Shown: positions 32,968 through 43,942 of the stretch, piece after piece
Position numbering within the stretch: position 1 is the stretch's first letter
Layout: each line of letters begins with the position of its first letter
Origin: Trypethelium eluteriae
Lineage: Eukaryota
Direction: 5' to 3'
NCBI GenBank assembly: GCA_051942245.1
Contig: JAVECL010000116.1
Location: forward strand, 1-50,737
DNA: 50,737 bases
The notes under the pieces: model-generated
What the model was told of the DNA's origin: nothing
What the model saw: the letters and a program-made list of their open reading frames with translations, nothing else
Database searches by the model: none
Translations under genes and position numbers: made by a program

Positions 32968-35207
32968 CTAGCCATTCCACCCCCAAGCTGTTTTCAAACG
33001 CTCCGCAGTTTTCCCAAAAGGGCCAGCCGTGGTCGTGTTCACTCAGATTTAGTATCGCAAGTAGGGCTTCCTGTTCTTGCCTGTCGGCAAAATGGTCACC
33101 ACATGTGGCTATGCCCAAACACGTAGTTGCGATTGCAGGTGGAAGCCCTTGATTTCCAAGGGCCATCCCGCATAGCTTCCTCACGATGTTCTGCATCGTG
33201 GAGTTCAGCTCCTTAAGATCTGCAACGAGTCCCAACCCAACCCTGAATCGTGCAGGATTATGTATGGCAAGGAGGATGCGCGCAAGCTCGAGATGCTGTA
33301 AGCCCGTGACATGACAGTCAGACAGGTACCAATATCCGGGAAAGATCACACTGCGAGAAGAATTTGGGGCACCTATATATATCGGCGCAAAGCTCGGCGG
33401 TAGTCTCTGTTCCCACTCTGCTTCCAATTCTTTTAACTTTGTCCAGGACTGTCGGCCTGGATCGAAAGGATGATCTTCTGGCCTCAATGTTGTCTTTGCG
33501 TCGCCTTGGATTTCAGTAGAGCCATAAAAAAATTCGATGCAATCAGCACAGAACACGATGAGTCGATTCGCCCACACTGCATCTTCAGCGGGAGCAAATG
33601 ACCGAAACTCTGAACAGTGGGATATTGGAAGCCTGAAGCTTCTCTGCTTCAAGAAAGAATTATAGATCTCCTGTCGCATTGCAATCCAAAAGGAAGCCTG
33701 ACGAAGGCCATCTGGCCGAGGCCCAAGATGCCCAGGAATGAATGAGGATGACGAATTGGCAGCCAAGGACGGTATTTCAGTGACGGAAGCCTCATTATTG
33801 GGAGTGCGCGGATATAACGAGGGGGAAGTTGTACGAGATGAGCATGGCACTGTTACGAATTGTTCGGTGATGAATCGATTCATGATCCGTAGAAAAAGAT
33901 CGTTATCGTTGTTACTGATGTGAGGCGGCGCATCAACTTCTTCGTGCCACCGAAAGAGTATCGTAGCTGCCAACAGATCTTCGTTGCGGATTTCACCCGG
34001 ATCCGCGGTGAGTTCCATCAGAGCCTTGATGCCCCGAGTATGAAAATAGACTGCATGCTCGTCGCTGAAGGCAGGAACATCATAATTCTGCTGAATAACT
34101 TTTCCATGTGAAGTCTTGCTCAGGTGTTTGGCAGAGACACACAAGATTGCGTTCATCAAGGGTGGGCAAGTCCTTGCTTGTTGGGGAACAACCGATTCAT
34201 AGTGTCTATAGGGGTCGCAAAGGTCGAACCATTGAGCTAGATGATCAACAAAATGCCGCAGTAAGATAGGGCGGAGTAAGTCTCGACGTCTTCCTTCGTC
34301 ATGACGAGCGACCACGCGAGGAGTGCCGGAGGGAGATGTGAGTTCGTACGGTTGGGGAGGTCCGACCAGAGTATCATCTTGAACCTTGCTATTGAAGACG
34401 GTTTCCTGTGGAGGTAGATGGAAAGATTCTTCTGGTCCATTTTCGGTAATACCGGCCTCGTAGTAGACATCCTGATCCAATTCAGAGTTAAGTGGTTGTC
34501 TAGGCGTCCAAGTTGGTTCCGATAGAACAGGGATGTTGGCAATTGTGTCAATGCGGCCAGAGTCAATCGACGGCGGTGTCTCCCACCTTTCTTCCCCACC
34601 TGTCTGCTTAATCTGACCATTCGGACCAGACTCTGCAAGTTGAAATGGTGCGGAAAGCATACCATCTCGTAAAGAGGACTGTGAATATTAGGCTATGATG
34701 ACCGTCGTTTCGTCCACGAACGTCAATTTGCCTGTTGAAATGTTAAAAGGACAGTTCATAGCTGGTCTAGATACAGAACAAACACTGAGCAGACTGCTTC
34801 TGTAGCTGTCCTTGACTGTGGACAAGATGCTGGTCTCGAGTGGCATTTCCAGCATATCGAAATTTCGTTCTTTGGTCTTTGACGCAAGTCTCACCACTTT
34901 GCTGACAGCGTGAACAAACATCCGAGGCGCCATCACCTGAGAGAAACACGGAATCAGCTAAGAACGAGCACGGACCCTGACACAACCTACACTTCGAGTG
35001 ACGTTCTGTAGACTGGTATCAGCAAGCCAGACACCACATAGAGCGGAATCACTTATCGACATCTTGTGCAAGCTTCGATTCGTGCCTTTGACGAAGACGG
35101 AGGAGTCAATTGGTTAGGATTGGAGTCTGCGAGGTCAGCGCTAACCTTACTCGGCAGGAAAACCTGTCAAACGTACTGGGGACTGTGACTGTGCCTAATT
35201 CAGGCAT
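32968..35207 (-). pseudogene. Zn(II)2Cys6 transcription factor with fungal-specific TF domain (ArcA-like), 5 exons, disrupted
   Basis: Model: exons 35207-35177, 35126-35057, 35007-34991, 34936-34784 and 34731-end, giving CTRC-RERHSK-C-DGASDV-CSRC-QQSGET-C, then LTFVDET, LRHFVDHLAQWFDLCDP and LRQASFWIAMRQEIY. In-frame TAA at 34690-34688. Apparent +1 frameshift at ~33017-33020 before a family-like HGWP..LKTAWGW end (TAG 32970-32968). Confidence 0.75.
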
Positions 35208-37584
35208 TTTCTGCGATTGCACATTTATGGCGGAGGTAACAAAAAGGGTGTCGCCGTGGGAGATCTCATCACCTTGTGCACGGTCCCATCCTGTTGTTGT
35301 GGTCACTGTTTTAAGGAACCCTCGGCAGTAAAGGAGGGGTAAAAAGCCAAAAGGGGAGGAGTCTCATGTGAGAAAAATGGCGGCATGGCAGTACCGAAGT
35401 CTACCTACTGCCACTTATTCAGGCAGTGTTCGCGTGGGACGATACTCCGGCGGACACAGATGGGCACCGGCGTCACTCCGGCGAAACTCAGGCAGAGCTC
35501 GGGTCAGCTCAGGTCGGGCAGTCCCAGTATCTAAGCAATCCCGCTATCGACCAAGTAGAGCCCAGATCCAGATAATGCTCCTTATCCTTGGATGCTTCGA
35601 CTACTATAGTTGTATGAGGAGAAAATTCCAAACCCCTGCCAGGACAAAGTGGTATGTTTTCACCCATGGCTTTCCTGGACCGTGAGGAATTCCACGCATG
35701 TTGCCTGGACAAAGCTGCACGCGCGGACTTTATGGTGCTTTGTGTCGTCGTATAAGGCCTTACTTGACTTCTATTCACATTGCTTTAATCCTATCTTCTA
35801 AATCGGCAAGTCCCATTAGTCTGACAAATGTTTAATGTTTCTGACGACTGAGCTTCTTCGTGAGTCTATCTGCTTCTATTTTTAGCTGTGGGAATTCATC
35901 CTACCTTGTCATGCTTGCGCGCATGTATGTGATCGGGACCTATTTCGATCAAGTGCCTGCCCCACTGTACCTGAGTGAAGGACGCACAGTGTCGTCTGTG
36001 GTCATGCGGCAGCGACTCCATTATTAGCCAGAGAGCGATGAGTGGGCAACATGGCGAACTGCTTGAGTGAAGATCCCGGGACGATTTAGGTGCTTCAATT
36101 GTCAGAATCAGCAAGAGCTGGGCTGGGATGACCTTAAGATACATCTTGCTAGGAAACACACGTATTCACACGTATTCTCAGATCTGCAACCCGGGTCTAT
36201 GACGTAAAAAGACGAGCTTGGTCCAGTCTTCTCTTATGACAACATATTTTGTTCTTTAGTAAGTCTGACTGATCGCTTCTCCATCTCAAGGGCGTCGTCC
36301 CAAGCCCCAACTAGCCCTCTTGCCGCTAGCCACGTGGGACATCAACTCTGAAGTTCCTATCACGACGTGGACTACCGCTGAGAAGGGGTAAAGACAGGAT
36401 TGCGGCTGCGGACAGCGCATATGTTTGAGGGATCGTAAGTCTTTGAGATCATCCGCGCCTTCGTTACTCTATAGATCGAAGGTCTCCCCGAGCACTCTGG
36501 ATTTTTCTCTGATGCCAGATGAAAAAGCGGATCCATAATTCAATCTGGCAGAAGACAGGAGAACCTCGCCCGTGGGAACCTGATGTCGCCGATACGGGGC
36601 CGTTACGGAATAAGCGAGGGTTGTTTCCTGTTTGATCACTTTTACCTAGACTTTCTCTTAGCCGAGCCAATACTCTAAGACCTCTAAACAGTGAAGGCCA
36701 GTACAAGTCTACTTCCGATGATTACAGTCTGGAGTGTGCCACCGGGGGCGGGGATAGAGCGGGTGGTCTACCTCAAAGGCCGTCCATGAAGTAGTTGCTT
36801 GGTGTAACCCTTCCAAGGACTTTGAGTTGGGAGAATGACATCATTATTTGGCTCTGCCCCACAAAAGGCTTTCACGGCGTACCGAACACTTCACCGCTTG
36901 ACAGCACAAGACACAAATTGAGCTTCTCGTAGCCCCAGCGGTACGGCTCGAAAGCGATCTACGCTCCTCGGTCGCGGCACCAATCGGGGTTGAGAATGAC
37001 GCTTTGGGAAGATTTGCAGTCGAGTCAGTCCCCAGGGGGCGTGCATGTGACGCGTCAAGAGAAGAAACCGTGCTCTAGCCGATCTAGTCTCTTATCCTAA
37101 TCTCGACTACTTCGAATTCTTCAAAATCCAGCCAGCCTCCCTATGCGAGGGCGCATCGAATGCCAAGCGACGGTCTCGCCATAGTTCCAGGCCTACGCTT
37201 TTTTCACATACTGTAGAGCTTCTCCTGACACTTATGCATAATGGAGAATTCGTCACCACGGCAAGACGACAACTCCATGTGTGTTTTTCGCTCCATTTTA
37301 TTGCTGGTAGGCCTGGAACCCATTCGCCAGACTGTCTCAGCAGCTTCAAGTCTACAGAGAATACACTTGGGTGCCCGATCGCGCCATCAGAACGCTATCG
37401 ATGTCATCGACGCTTTGTGCTAGACAAGATCCATGGCAGATAGCGTTGCATGATGAAGAGAATGAGGGAAGTGAGGCCTAGCAACAAATTTCGTGAATGC
37501 TGAACCCGTGAGATGAATTTATCTATCTGGTGCTAGAGGTGGAACCATGCTGCACCTTCGCTCCGCTAACATCCCAAACACGCT

Positions 37585-38069
37585 TCAAATGTCGAATAGT
37601 GCGAAGCTGTCGTTGTAAGACTTTGAGAATGGACCAATCCCCACTGAGATACCGTATCCCACTTTGAGCGTGCTACCCTCTTTGTAGATGCGGACCGTCC
37701 CTGAACCTAGTCCCAAATTGACTCCGATCTCGAGGCCGGTATCAAGGCCAGCAGTGTACTTCGTGCCAACCTGGGAGCCTGCGAGGGTGAGGTACGCTCC
37801 GATCTCCTTATCGTCGACATCGAAGTATCCCACCACCTACACAAAAGTTAACCTGCGACCGTTTATTATCATTCGTCCGAGGGATATTCACTTACCGCAA
37901 AGCCAGGAATCGGCAGGGGAAACTCGATCTGCTTGCGGTTTCCACTGTGCAGGTCTGGAAAGCTGGCTTCGTCGGACGGGATCTCCTTGACTTCGTATTT
38001 ACCGTTGCCAAGGTCTTTAGTCTCGAGGACTGTGGTAAGGGTTGACAGTGTCGTGGTGGGGGAGGCCAT
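37585..38069 (-). CDS. Small (141 aa) Gly/beta-strand-rich protein of unknown function, no signal peptide, 2 exons
   Basis: Exon 1 38069-37896 (58 codons), phase-0 intron 37895-37837 (GTAAGT..TTAAC..TAG), exon 2 37836-37585. TATAAATA on the minus strand at 38202-38195. Alternating hydrophobic/polar strands with Gly turns. Confidence 0.75.
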
Positions 38070-38964
38070 TTCCGTATCGATAGAAGTTTGCTATTTGGAG
38101 GTGCTTTGTAGAGTTTGAACGTTGCTTCTTCGTATGGAGCTTTCAATCGTGTTGTGGACTTAGTCGAGAGCACATCTAGCAGGAAATACCCTCATATTTA
38201 TATTCATTTTTCAAGGTAAGCAGGTCTGTGGCTGTAGCCTCGCTCTGGAAGCCTACTCAAGGTGAAGAGATGGAGACAGCCACATCGCATTAGGCTCGAC
38301 TAGAGCTAACGAGCTCAAACCTCTTGATACGCTTTGCTAAACTGCACAAAAGGTGAATTCTAGACTTCTTGACCCATCCACCATTACAGCCGTCGCATTC
38401 TAGGTAACGCCTAAACCGGAGCCGAAATATTTTAGATTCTTAATTGCGGACGATTAAGGCGCTGCTCCTCCTAGAACACGCTACAATTCTCAATCCATTC
38501 TAGACAACATCAATCTCAGCTGGTGTCTTTCACCGCCGCAACGAAAGCCAGTTCTGGCCTTATTCGTGGGAACATAGTACACACTTATTTGATCGAAAAT
38601 ATCACTTTTATTGATTTCAATCAGCTGCTCATGGATATCGACAGTTCTAGGCTCCAGCCATGCAATAGTACGAAAGCGCAATGACTTTGCCACGTTTCTT
38701 TCCTTCCTGGCAAGCTCAGTGCCTTTCAATCTTCGCGAAACCGCTAAACCAATGTTGACTCTCAACTACAAATATCAGTTAAGTGCACAGTTGATTCGTG
38801 TTTGCTAGAAACTCAAATCAGCGCAACTTATGGGTATGCTCAAGGGACGCCATCAGAGCGATCAATATTCAAGGAAATCGACGCACAAACAACAGAAAGT
38901 TTAAGCTTCAATTTTGCGTCACGGGATTTTCAGCTCCGTATCAAGCAGCACAACCGGTATCCAG

Positions 38965-41034
38965 ATGTCTCAAGTCGAAGCGCCAGCCGATGCACAATCT
39001 ATTGAGGTCAATGGACGGATAGTCAATCCCAGCGAGCATTACGCGCGCGATGCCCGGAACACTGATCACATCATTTTGACCGTCGAGGACACGCTCAACG
39101 ATGACCAAAAGGCTCAATTGCAAAAGCTCCAGGTTGAATTCCTGGAAGATCTCGGCAATGGCAACATCCTCTGTCGCTACCATCCCGCAGATTTAAAGCC
39201 GCTCCGAGGCCTCAAGTTTGTCAAGCAAGTGGATGTTTATCGCAACCTGTACAAGATCCCTGCTGTACTGCTAGCGTTAATCGATGAGCTCAAGGGAACC
39301 GCGGAATTCGAAACCCAGAGTTATCCGATGGATGTTATGCCGCATCAGGAGGTCACAGATCTCGAGGCACTCGCCGACAGTGTTGCCGAGATCGCGCAAG
39401 CCGACCGGAGCCAGATCAGGGTGACTTCCAATCAGATCCGTCTAGAAGTGCCCCTCGGGAAACTGGAGGCCATTGCGGCCGATGACCGTGTTCGCATCCT
39501 CGAAGAAGTGGTGACTCCAGTCTTGCTTGATGATCAGGCAAAGCATATCGTGTCTGCGCCTATACACATCCAAGGCGATTCTGAGTTCCGGGGCAAGGGC
39601 CAGACCATTGCGGTTTTTGACTCTGGCTTCGATCTCGGCAGCGTGGAAGACTGCCATCCCGCTTTTACGGGAAAAGTTCAGAAACTCATTCCTGTTGGTC
39701 GCGCGTCGGACATGAACAGGACTGAAAGTCAGAGAGTTGATGATCCAAAGGGTCACGGAACTCATGTCTGTGGAACGATTGTCGGTCAAGAAATCAAGAC
39801 CTCACAGGGATCTGTCGGAGGTGTGGCTCAAGATGCAAATTTAGTCATCTCGTCTCTAGAAAAGGCCGATGGGGATCTCATCAGCGTTGCACCGCTCAAG
39901 GCACTCTACGAAGTACCGTACAAAACATATGGCGCCCGAGTGCATTCGAATTCGTGGGGCGATGGACTCGGCATAGGGAGAAGACAGCGCCCATATGGCA
40001 AGGCGGCTGCCGACATCGACGAGTTTGTTCGCAATAATCCTGATGCGCTAATATGCTTTTCAGCTGGGAATAATAATTTGTATATGAACGAGCGTGAGCC
40101 TTCTGACACACAATTGCCGTCGATTGGCTCTCAGGCTGCCGCGAAAAACTGCTTGACGGTCGGAGCTTCTGGATCCACAAGGACGGTGGAGGATCCTAAG
40201 AATGGTAAAGTCGACTGGCTTGATCCAGATCAAATCTGCCCAGTCAGCAGCAGAGGACCGACGGCAGAGAAGCGTATTAAGCCCGATGTGGTCGCACCAG
40301 GCTTCAACATCTTCTCAGCCCACTCCAGACATCCCCGGGCTAAGACATTCTCCGGAGCAGAGGCCACCAGCGAGTCTTATCCTGAAGTCTTATGGAAGAT
40401 CCGGAGTGGAACGAGCCACGCGACACCACTTGTTTCAGGCTGCATTGCGATATTATGTGAAGTACTGCAGAGTAAAGGATGCCAGAACCCTCCCGCCGCT
40501 CTGCTCAAAGCTTTGATGATCAACGGGGCCGACAAGCTTCCCAGCGTGGACATCGCAGCTCAAGGCTTTGGTCGAATCAACCTGCAGTCTTCTGTGTCGA
40601 TTTTGCAAGCGCCTCCGGTCATGGCTAAGGACATCAACTCACCATCGCTGTCTCCACTGGGAGGTAGTCTGATAGGATCACCGCTTCGGCAAGGTGACAA
40701 AGTGGAGTTTAGTCTGGCACCAGCTCCATTCTCTGACGGGATTGAATTGAAGATTACCATGGTGTATAATGATCTATCCGGTTCCGCCATCCAGAATAAT
40801 TTAAACTTCAGTGTCACTGACAGCGTGACCGGCGAAATCAAACATGGTGGCATATCTGAGGATGCGATCGACAAGCAGAATAATGTTGAACAAGTTGTCT
40901 GGAGTCCAGCGCCACAGGTGCCGGTCACTGTCCGTGTTATAGCCCAAAAGAATTTTCCGGGCTCCGAACAGGACTTTGTACTCGCCTGGTCAGTATCGGC
41001 ATCATACGGTGGTAGTAACAAGGATGATGTGTAG
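38965..41034 (+). CDS. Subtilisin-like S8 serine protease, Kp43-type, with N-terminal prodomain and C-terminal beta-sandwich; leaderless and intronless
   Basis: Asp in IAVFDSG (39619), His in GHGTHVCG (39754), SNSWG, oxyanion Asn in FSAGN, SSRGP..RIKPDVVAPG, Ser in GTSHATP (40414), AALLKALMINGA, QGFGRINL, NNVEQV. First ATG 38965 (MSQVEAP) has no hydrophobic signal peptide. Confidence 0.92.
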   Translation: MSQVEAPADAQSIEVNGRIVNPSEHYARDARNTDHIILTVEDTLNDDQKAQLQKLQVEFLEDLGNGNILCRYHPADLKPLRGLKFVKQVDVYRNLYKIPAVLLALIDELKGTAEFETQSYPMDVMPHQEVTDLEALADSVAEIAQADRSQIRVTSNQIRLEVPLGKLEAIAADDRVRILEEVVTPVLLDDQAKHIVSAPIHIQGDSEFRGKGQTIAVFDSGFDLGSVEDCHPAFTGKVQKLIPVGRASDMNRTESQRVDDPKGHGTHVCGTIVGQEIKTSQGSVGGVAQDANLVISSLEKADGDLISVAPLKALYEVPYKTYGARVHSNSWGDGLGIGRRQRPYGKAAADIDEFVRNNPDALICFSAGNNNLYMNEREPSDTQLPSIGSQAAAKNCLTVGASGSTRTVEDPKNGKVDWLDPDQICPVSSRGPTAEKRIKPDVVAPGFNIFSAHSRHPRAKTFSGAEATSESYPEVLWKIRSGTSHATPLVSGCIAILCEVLQSKGCQNPPAALLKALMINGADKLPSVDIAAQGFGRINLQSSVSILQAPPVMAKDINSPSLSPLGGSLIGSPLRQGDKVEFSLAPAPFSDGIELKITMVYNDLSGSAIQNNLNFSVTDSVTGEIKHGGISEDAIDKQNNVEQVVWSPAPQVPVTVRVIAQKNFPGSEQDFVLAWSVSASYGGSNKDDV

Positions 41035-41904
41035 GCCTCTTGGACATGGCGGTAGTGTTTCAAGTGTGTGAGGCTAATAAATTTTCGAAAGTCATAGCCT
41101 CAATTTGAGTAATGGGTGTGACTATCCGAATATTGTCACACATCATTGAGATTAGAGTAGCATATTGCTATTCAATGTAATTCAGGAACCATGGAAATCT
41201 GAGACAATAGTCGCAGGAAAGAATGTGTTTGCTGCGTAACCCTGGTAGCCATGTGTTTGGTGAAAATGTGCAAAATCGACTTACATACCTACTAAGGCGC
41301 CGCAAGTCGTGTTCGAGAAATATTTATTGGAGCCAAAGCTACAGTACACATCATTAACACCTATGTCAGTCGAAAGAGCTGAGGTCTACGATAGCCGGAA
41401 CCATTGCTTGCAGTTGACGAGCAGGATCAACGTGCACGTAGTGTCGATTCGAAAAATCAAGGACTAGTAAGCGAAAGAAATATTCCAGAAACGTTAGGAT
41501 CCAGTTGCAGGTGTTCAGATGGAGGAAGCACGAGGAAATCCAAGCAGAGATCCTTGTCCGGCTACGGTAGGAGTTCTCCTAATGTCGTGCACGGACCTAG
41601 AGTACAAGGTGCACGTCAAGCTTTGTTTGAAAAGATTTCATGCCGATGACGGAGGGATGTAGGGTATCCCAATGACCTTGCCCAAGACTTTTGACTCTTG
41701 CCAATGTCATGCTAAAGATAATTCTGGCTCAGATGCTCAGGGTACTCCAAGTCGAAGATGAGAGGGACGGGTCAAAGGATGCCGAAAGGCCTCATCCCAG
41801 AGAGCCCCTCCTCGTATCAAATAGTATAAGAATAGGGACGGCACCCAAGCCCATTTAATTGATCCCTAAAATGTGAAAGCTCTAGCTAAAATCAGACTTG
41901 CAGC

Positions 41905-43431
41905 ATGATGTATCCACTGACTTACATTTTTCCCATTGTCGTTCTAGCAGCTCTTGTTTTCGCAGCTCCTGGGCCTCAGCCAAAATGCAGCGGAGTCTCG
42001 AGTCCGGAAAGCAGGACTCGAGTCTTCGTGATGTCAGATATTTCAAATGAACCAGATGATACCATGTCGTTTGTCAGGCTACTGCTACATTCCAACATGT
42101 ACAACATCGAGGGCATGGTGGCCGTAACATCTTACTGGCTCAATTCTTCAACATACCCAGACCAAATCCGAAATGTGACGACGGCATATGGAAAAGTTGT
42201 GAACAACCTGCAGACTCACGCCAACGAACAATACCCAAGCGAGAAATATCTACTCTCCTGCATCCGGAGTGGCCCGACGTCGTACGGTCTCGCCGCAATC
42301 GATGCTCTCCAGCAAGGCAGCAGTATCTCCCCCGGCGCGCAACTTCTTCTAGACGTGCTTGACTCCAGCGAAAAGCCTTTGTACGTTCAAGTTTGGGGAG
42401 GTGCTAACACTCTCGCCGAAGGCCTGTGGCAAGCCAATAAAACGCGATCTCCGACCGATTTAGCGGCTCTTGTATCTAAGCTTCGAGTCTACACCATCTC
42501 TGACCAAGACGATACTGGCGCCTGGATCCGCTTGCATTTCCCACAGCTGCGCTTCGTCAACTCTATCCATGGCTGGAATCAGTACGGACTGGCGGCATGG
42601 TGTGGTATTTCCGGAGAAAAGTACTACGCTTTTGATCATGGCGGTCCCGATTCTTCCCTCGTCTCGAATGCTTGGATTGCGCGAAATATTCAAGTCGGAC
42701 CTTTTGGCAGCCATTATCCAGATATAGCTTTTATCATGGAAGGCGATTCACCATCTCAACTGTTCAATTACGACAATGGCCTCAACGTCCCTGAGCACCC
42801 TGAATACGGAGGCTGGGGCGGGAGATACCTACCAGTGGATGTCAGCACCGTGAATGGACAACATTACTCAGATGCCACGGACCAAGTTGTTGGACAGAAT
42901 GGAGAGCTATTCATCAGCAATCATGCGACGATCTGGCGCTGGCGCGAGGCGTACCAGCATGAAATGGCGGCTAGGATGCAGTGGACATTACGCAAAAATG
43001 GGCCGGGGAGCAACACAACACATCCTCCTGTCGTGGTCGTCAACGGAAGTTGCGGGAGTCAGCCCATTGAGATCAATGTCAAGCCATCGGAGAAGGTAGT
43101 TCTGGATGCGAGCGAAACCTACGATCCCGATCATCCAGCATCGGCCTCTTCTTTGAGCTTCGAATGGTGGCACTATCGTGACGTTACTGCCACGCAATGG
43201 AATGTTGACGCCGAGGTGCCAAAGCTAAATGCAACAGCGGTTCCCGGCTCAAATGGGCGGGTGGTTTCGATTGAGATGCCAGCGGAAGACTTGGCGTGTG
43301 TGCAATTGACCGCTCCAACGAGCTCGGGTTCGAGATATTGCCAGCAGTACCATATGATTGTACAAGTGAGAAACTCAGGTTCGCCATCGATGACGCGATA
43401 CCGACGAGTCATTCTCAAGATCGTAGGATAG
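41905..43431 (+). CDS. Secreted DUF1593 / Sde182-like nucleoside-hydrolase-fold protein with C-terminal beta domain; intronless
   Basis: Signal peptide, RVFVMSDISNEPDDTMSFVRLL, WGGANTLA, RVYTISDQDDTG, MEGDSPS, GGWGGRY, TIWRWR..AARMQWT, LDASETYDPD, YRRVIL. Confidence 0.85.
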   Translation: MMYPLTYIFPIVVLAALVFAAPGPQPKCSGVSSPESRTRVFVMSDISNEPDDTMSFVRLLLHSNMYNIEGMVAVTSYWLNSSTYPDQIRNVTTAYGKVVNNLQTHANEQYPSEKYLLSCIRSGPTSYGLAAIDALQQGSSISPGAQLLLDVLDSSEKPLYVQVWGGANTLAEGLWQANKTRSPTDLAALVSKLRVYTISDQDDTGAWIRLHFPQLRFVNSIHGWNQYGLAAWCGISGEKYYAFDHGGPDSSLVSNAWIARNIQVGPFGSHYPDIAFIMEGDSPSQLFNYDNGLNVPEHPEYGGWGGRYLPVDVSTVNGQHYSDATDQVVGQNGELFISNHATIWRWREAYQHEMAARMQWTLRKNGPGSNTTHPPVVVVNGSCGSQPIEINVKPSEKVVLDASETYDPDHPASASSLSFEWWHYRDVTATQWNVDAEVPKLNATAVPGSNGRVVSIEMPAEDLACVQLTAPTSSGSRYCQQYHMIVQVRNSGSPSMTRYRRVILKIVG

Positions 43432-43942
43432 CAGCAGGGCGGCACGGCTTTACGACAACTGCTTAGTGTCAAGCAGACTTGGTGGTCCATAATAAGCGCA
43501 CCAGCGCGCAAGAGCTAGAAGATGATAACGATGCCACTGGAGTGACATATTTAACCTTCGCTGCTTTCATCAATTTGTCTCTTCAACTCCCTTCACTGGT
43601 AGATCCGACTCTTTACGGCCGGGTCCTCAAATAATCACGGGGCATAGAACAGAGCATCCCATACCTAGGATAACTACACAATAATTAACAACATTATAGA
43701 GCCCACGGAATTTTCGTGTAGCCCTTGGTCTATTACCGGGTCGCTAGCGTTCTCGATGAGAGCTTCCCGTCATGACGTCAAACCACTGCTCGTGTTAATG
43801 CAAACTTCAAGCAACGTATTCGTAGGGACGCTTAATATTGTATGTATATCTACTTGCATTAGAGTACTTTTGAGTAACTGCCCACAGCCAGCAATTTCAG
43901 CCTTCTCCCACAATTTCAACTCAGCAAATCCTCGCAGTTGAG

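Noticed and set aside
36157..36177. 10 bp tandem duplication CACACGTATT x2
   Set aside because: Ordinary slippage duplication with no context.
37585..38069. Calling the subtilase partner a gasdermin (HET-Q1/RCD-1-like)
   Set aside because: At 141 aa it is far shorter than fungal gasdermins and no family similarity was recognisable; only the gene-pair layout is analogous.
38611..38964. Possible upstream exon(s) adding a leader to the subtilase
   Set aside because: An acceptor-like TAG exists near 38808, but no convincing donor plus in-frame signal-peptide exon could be assembled.
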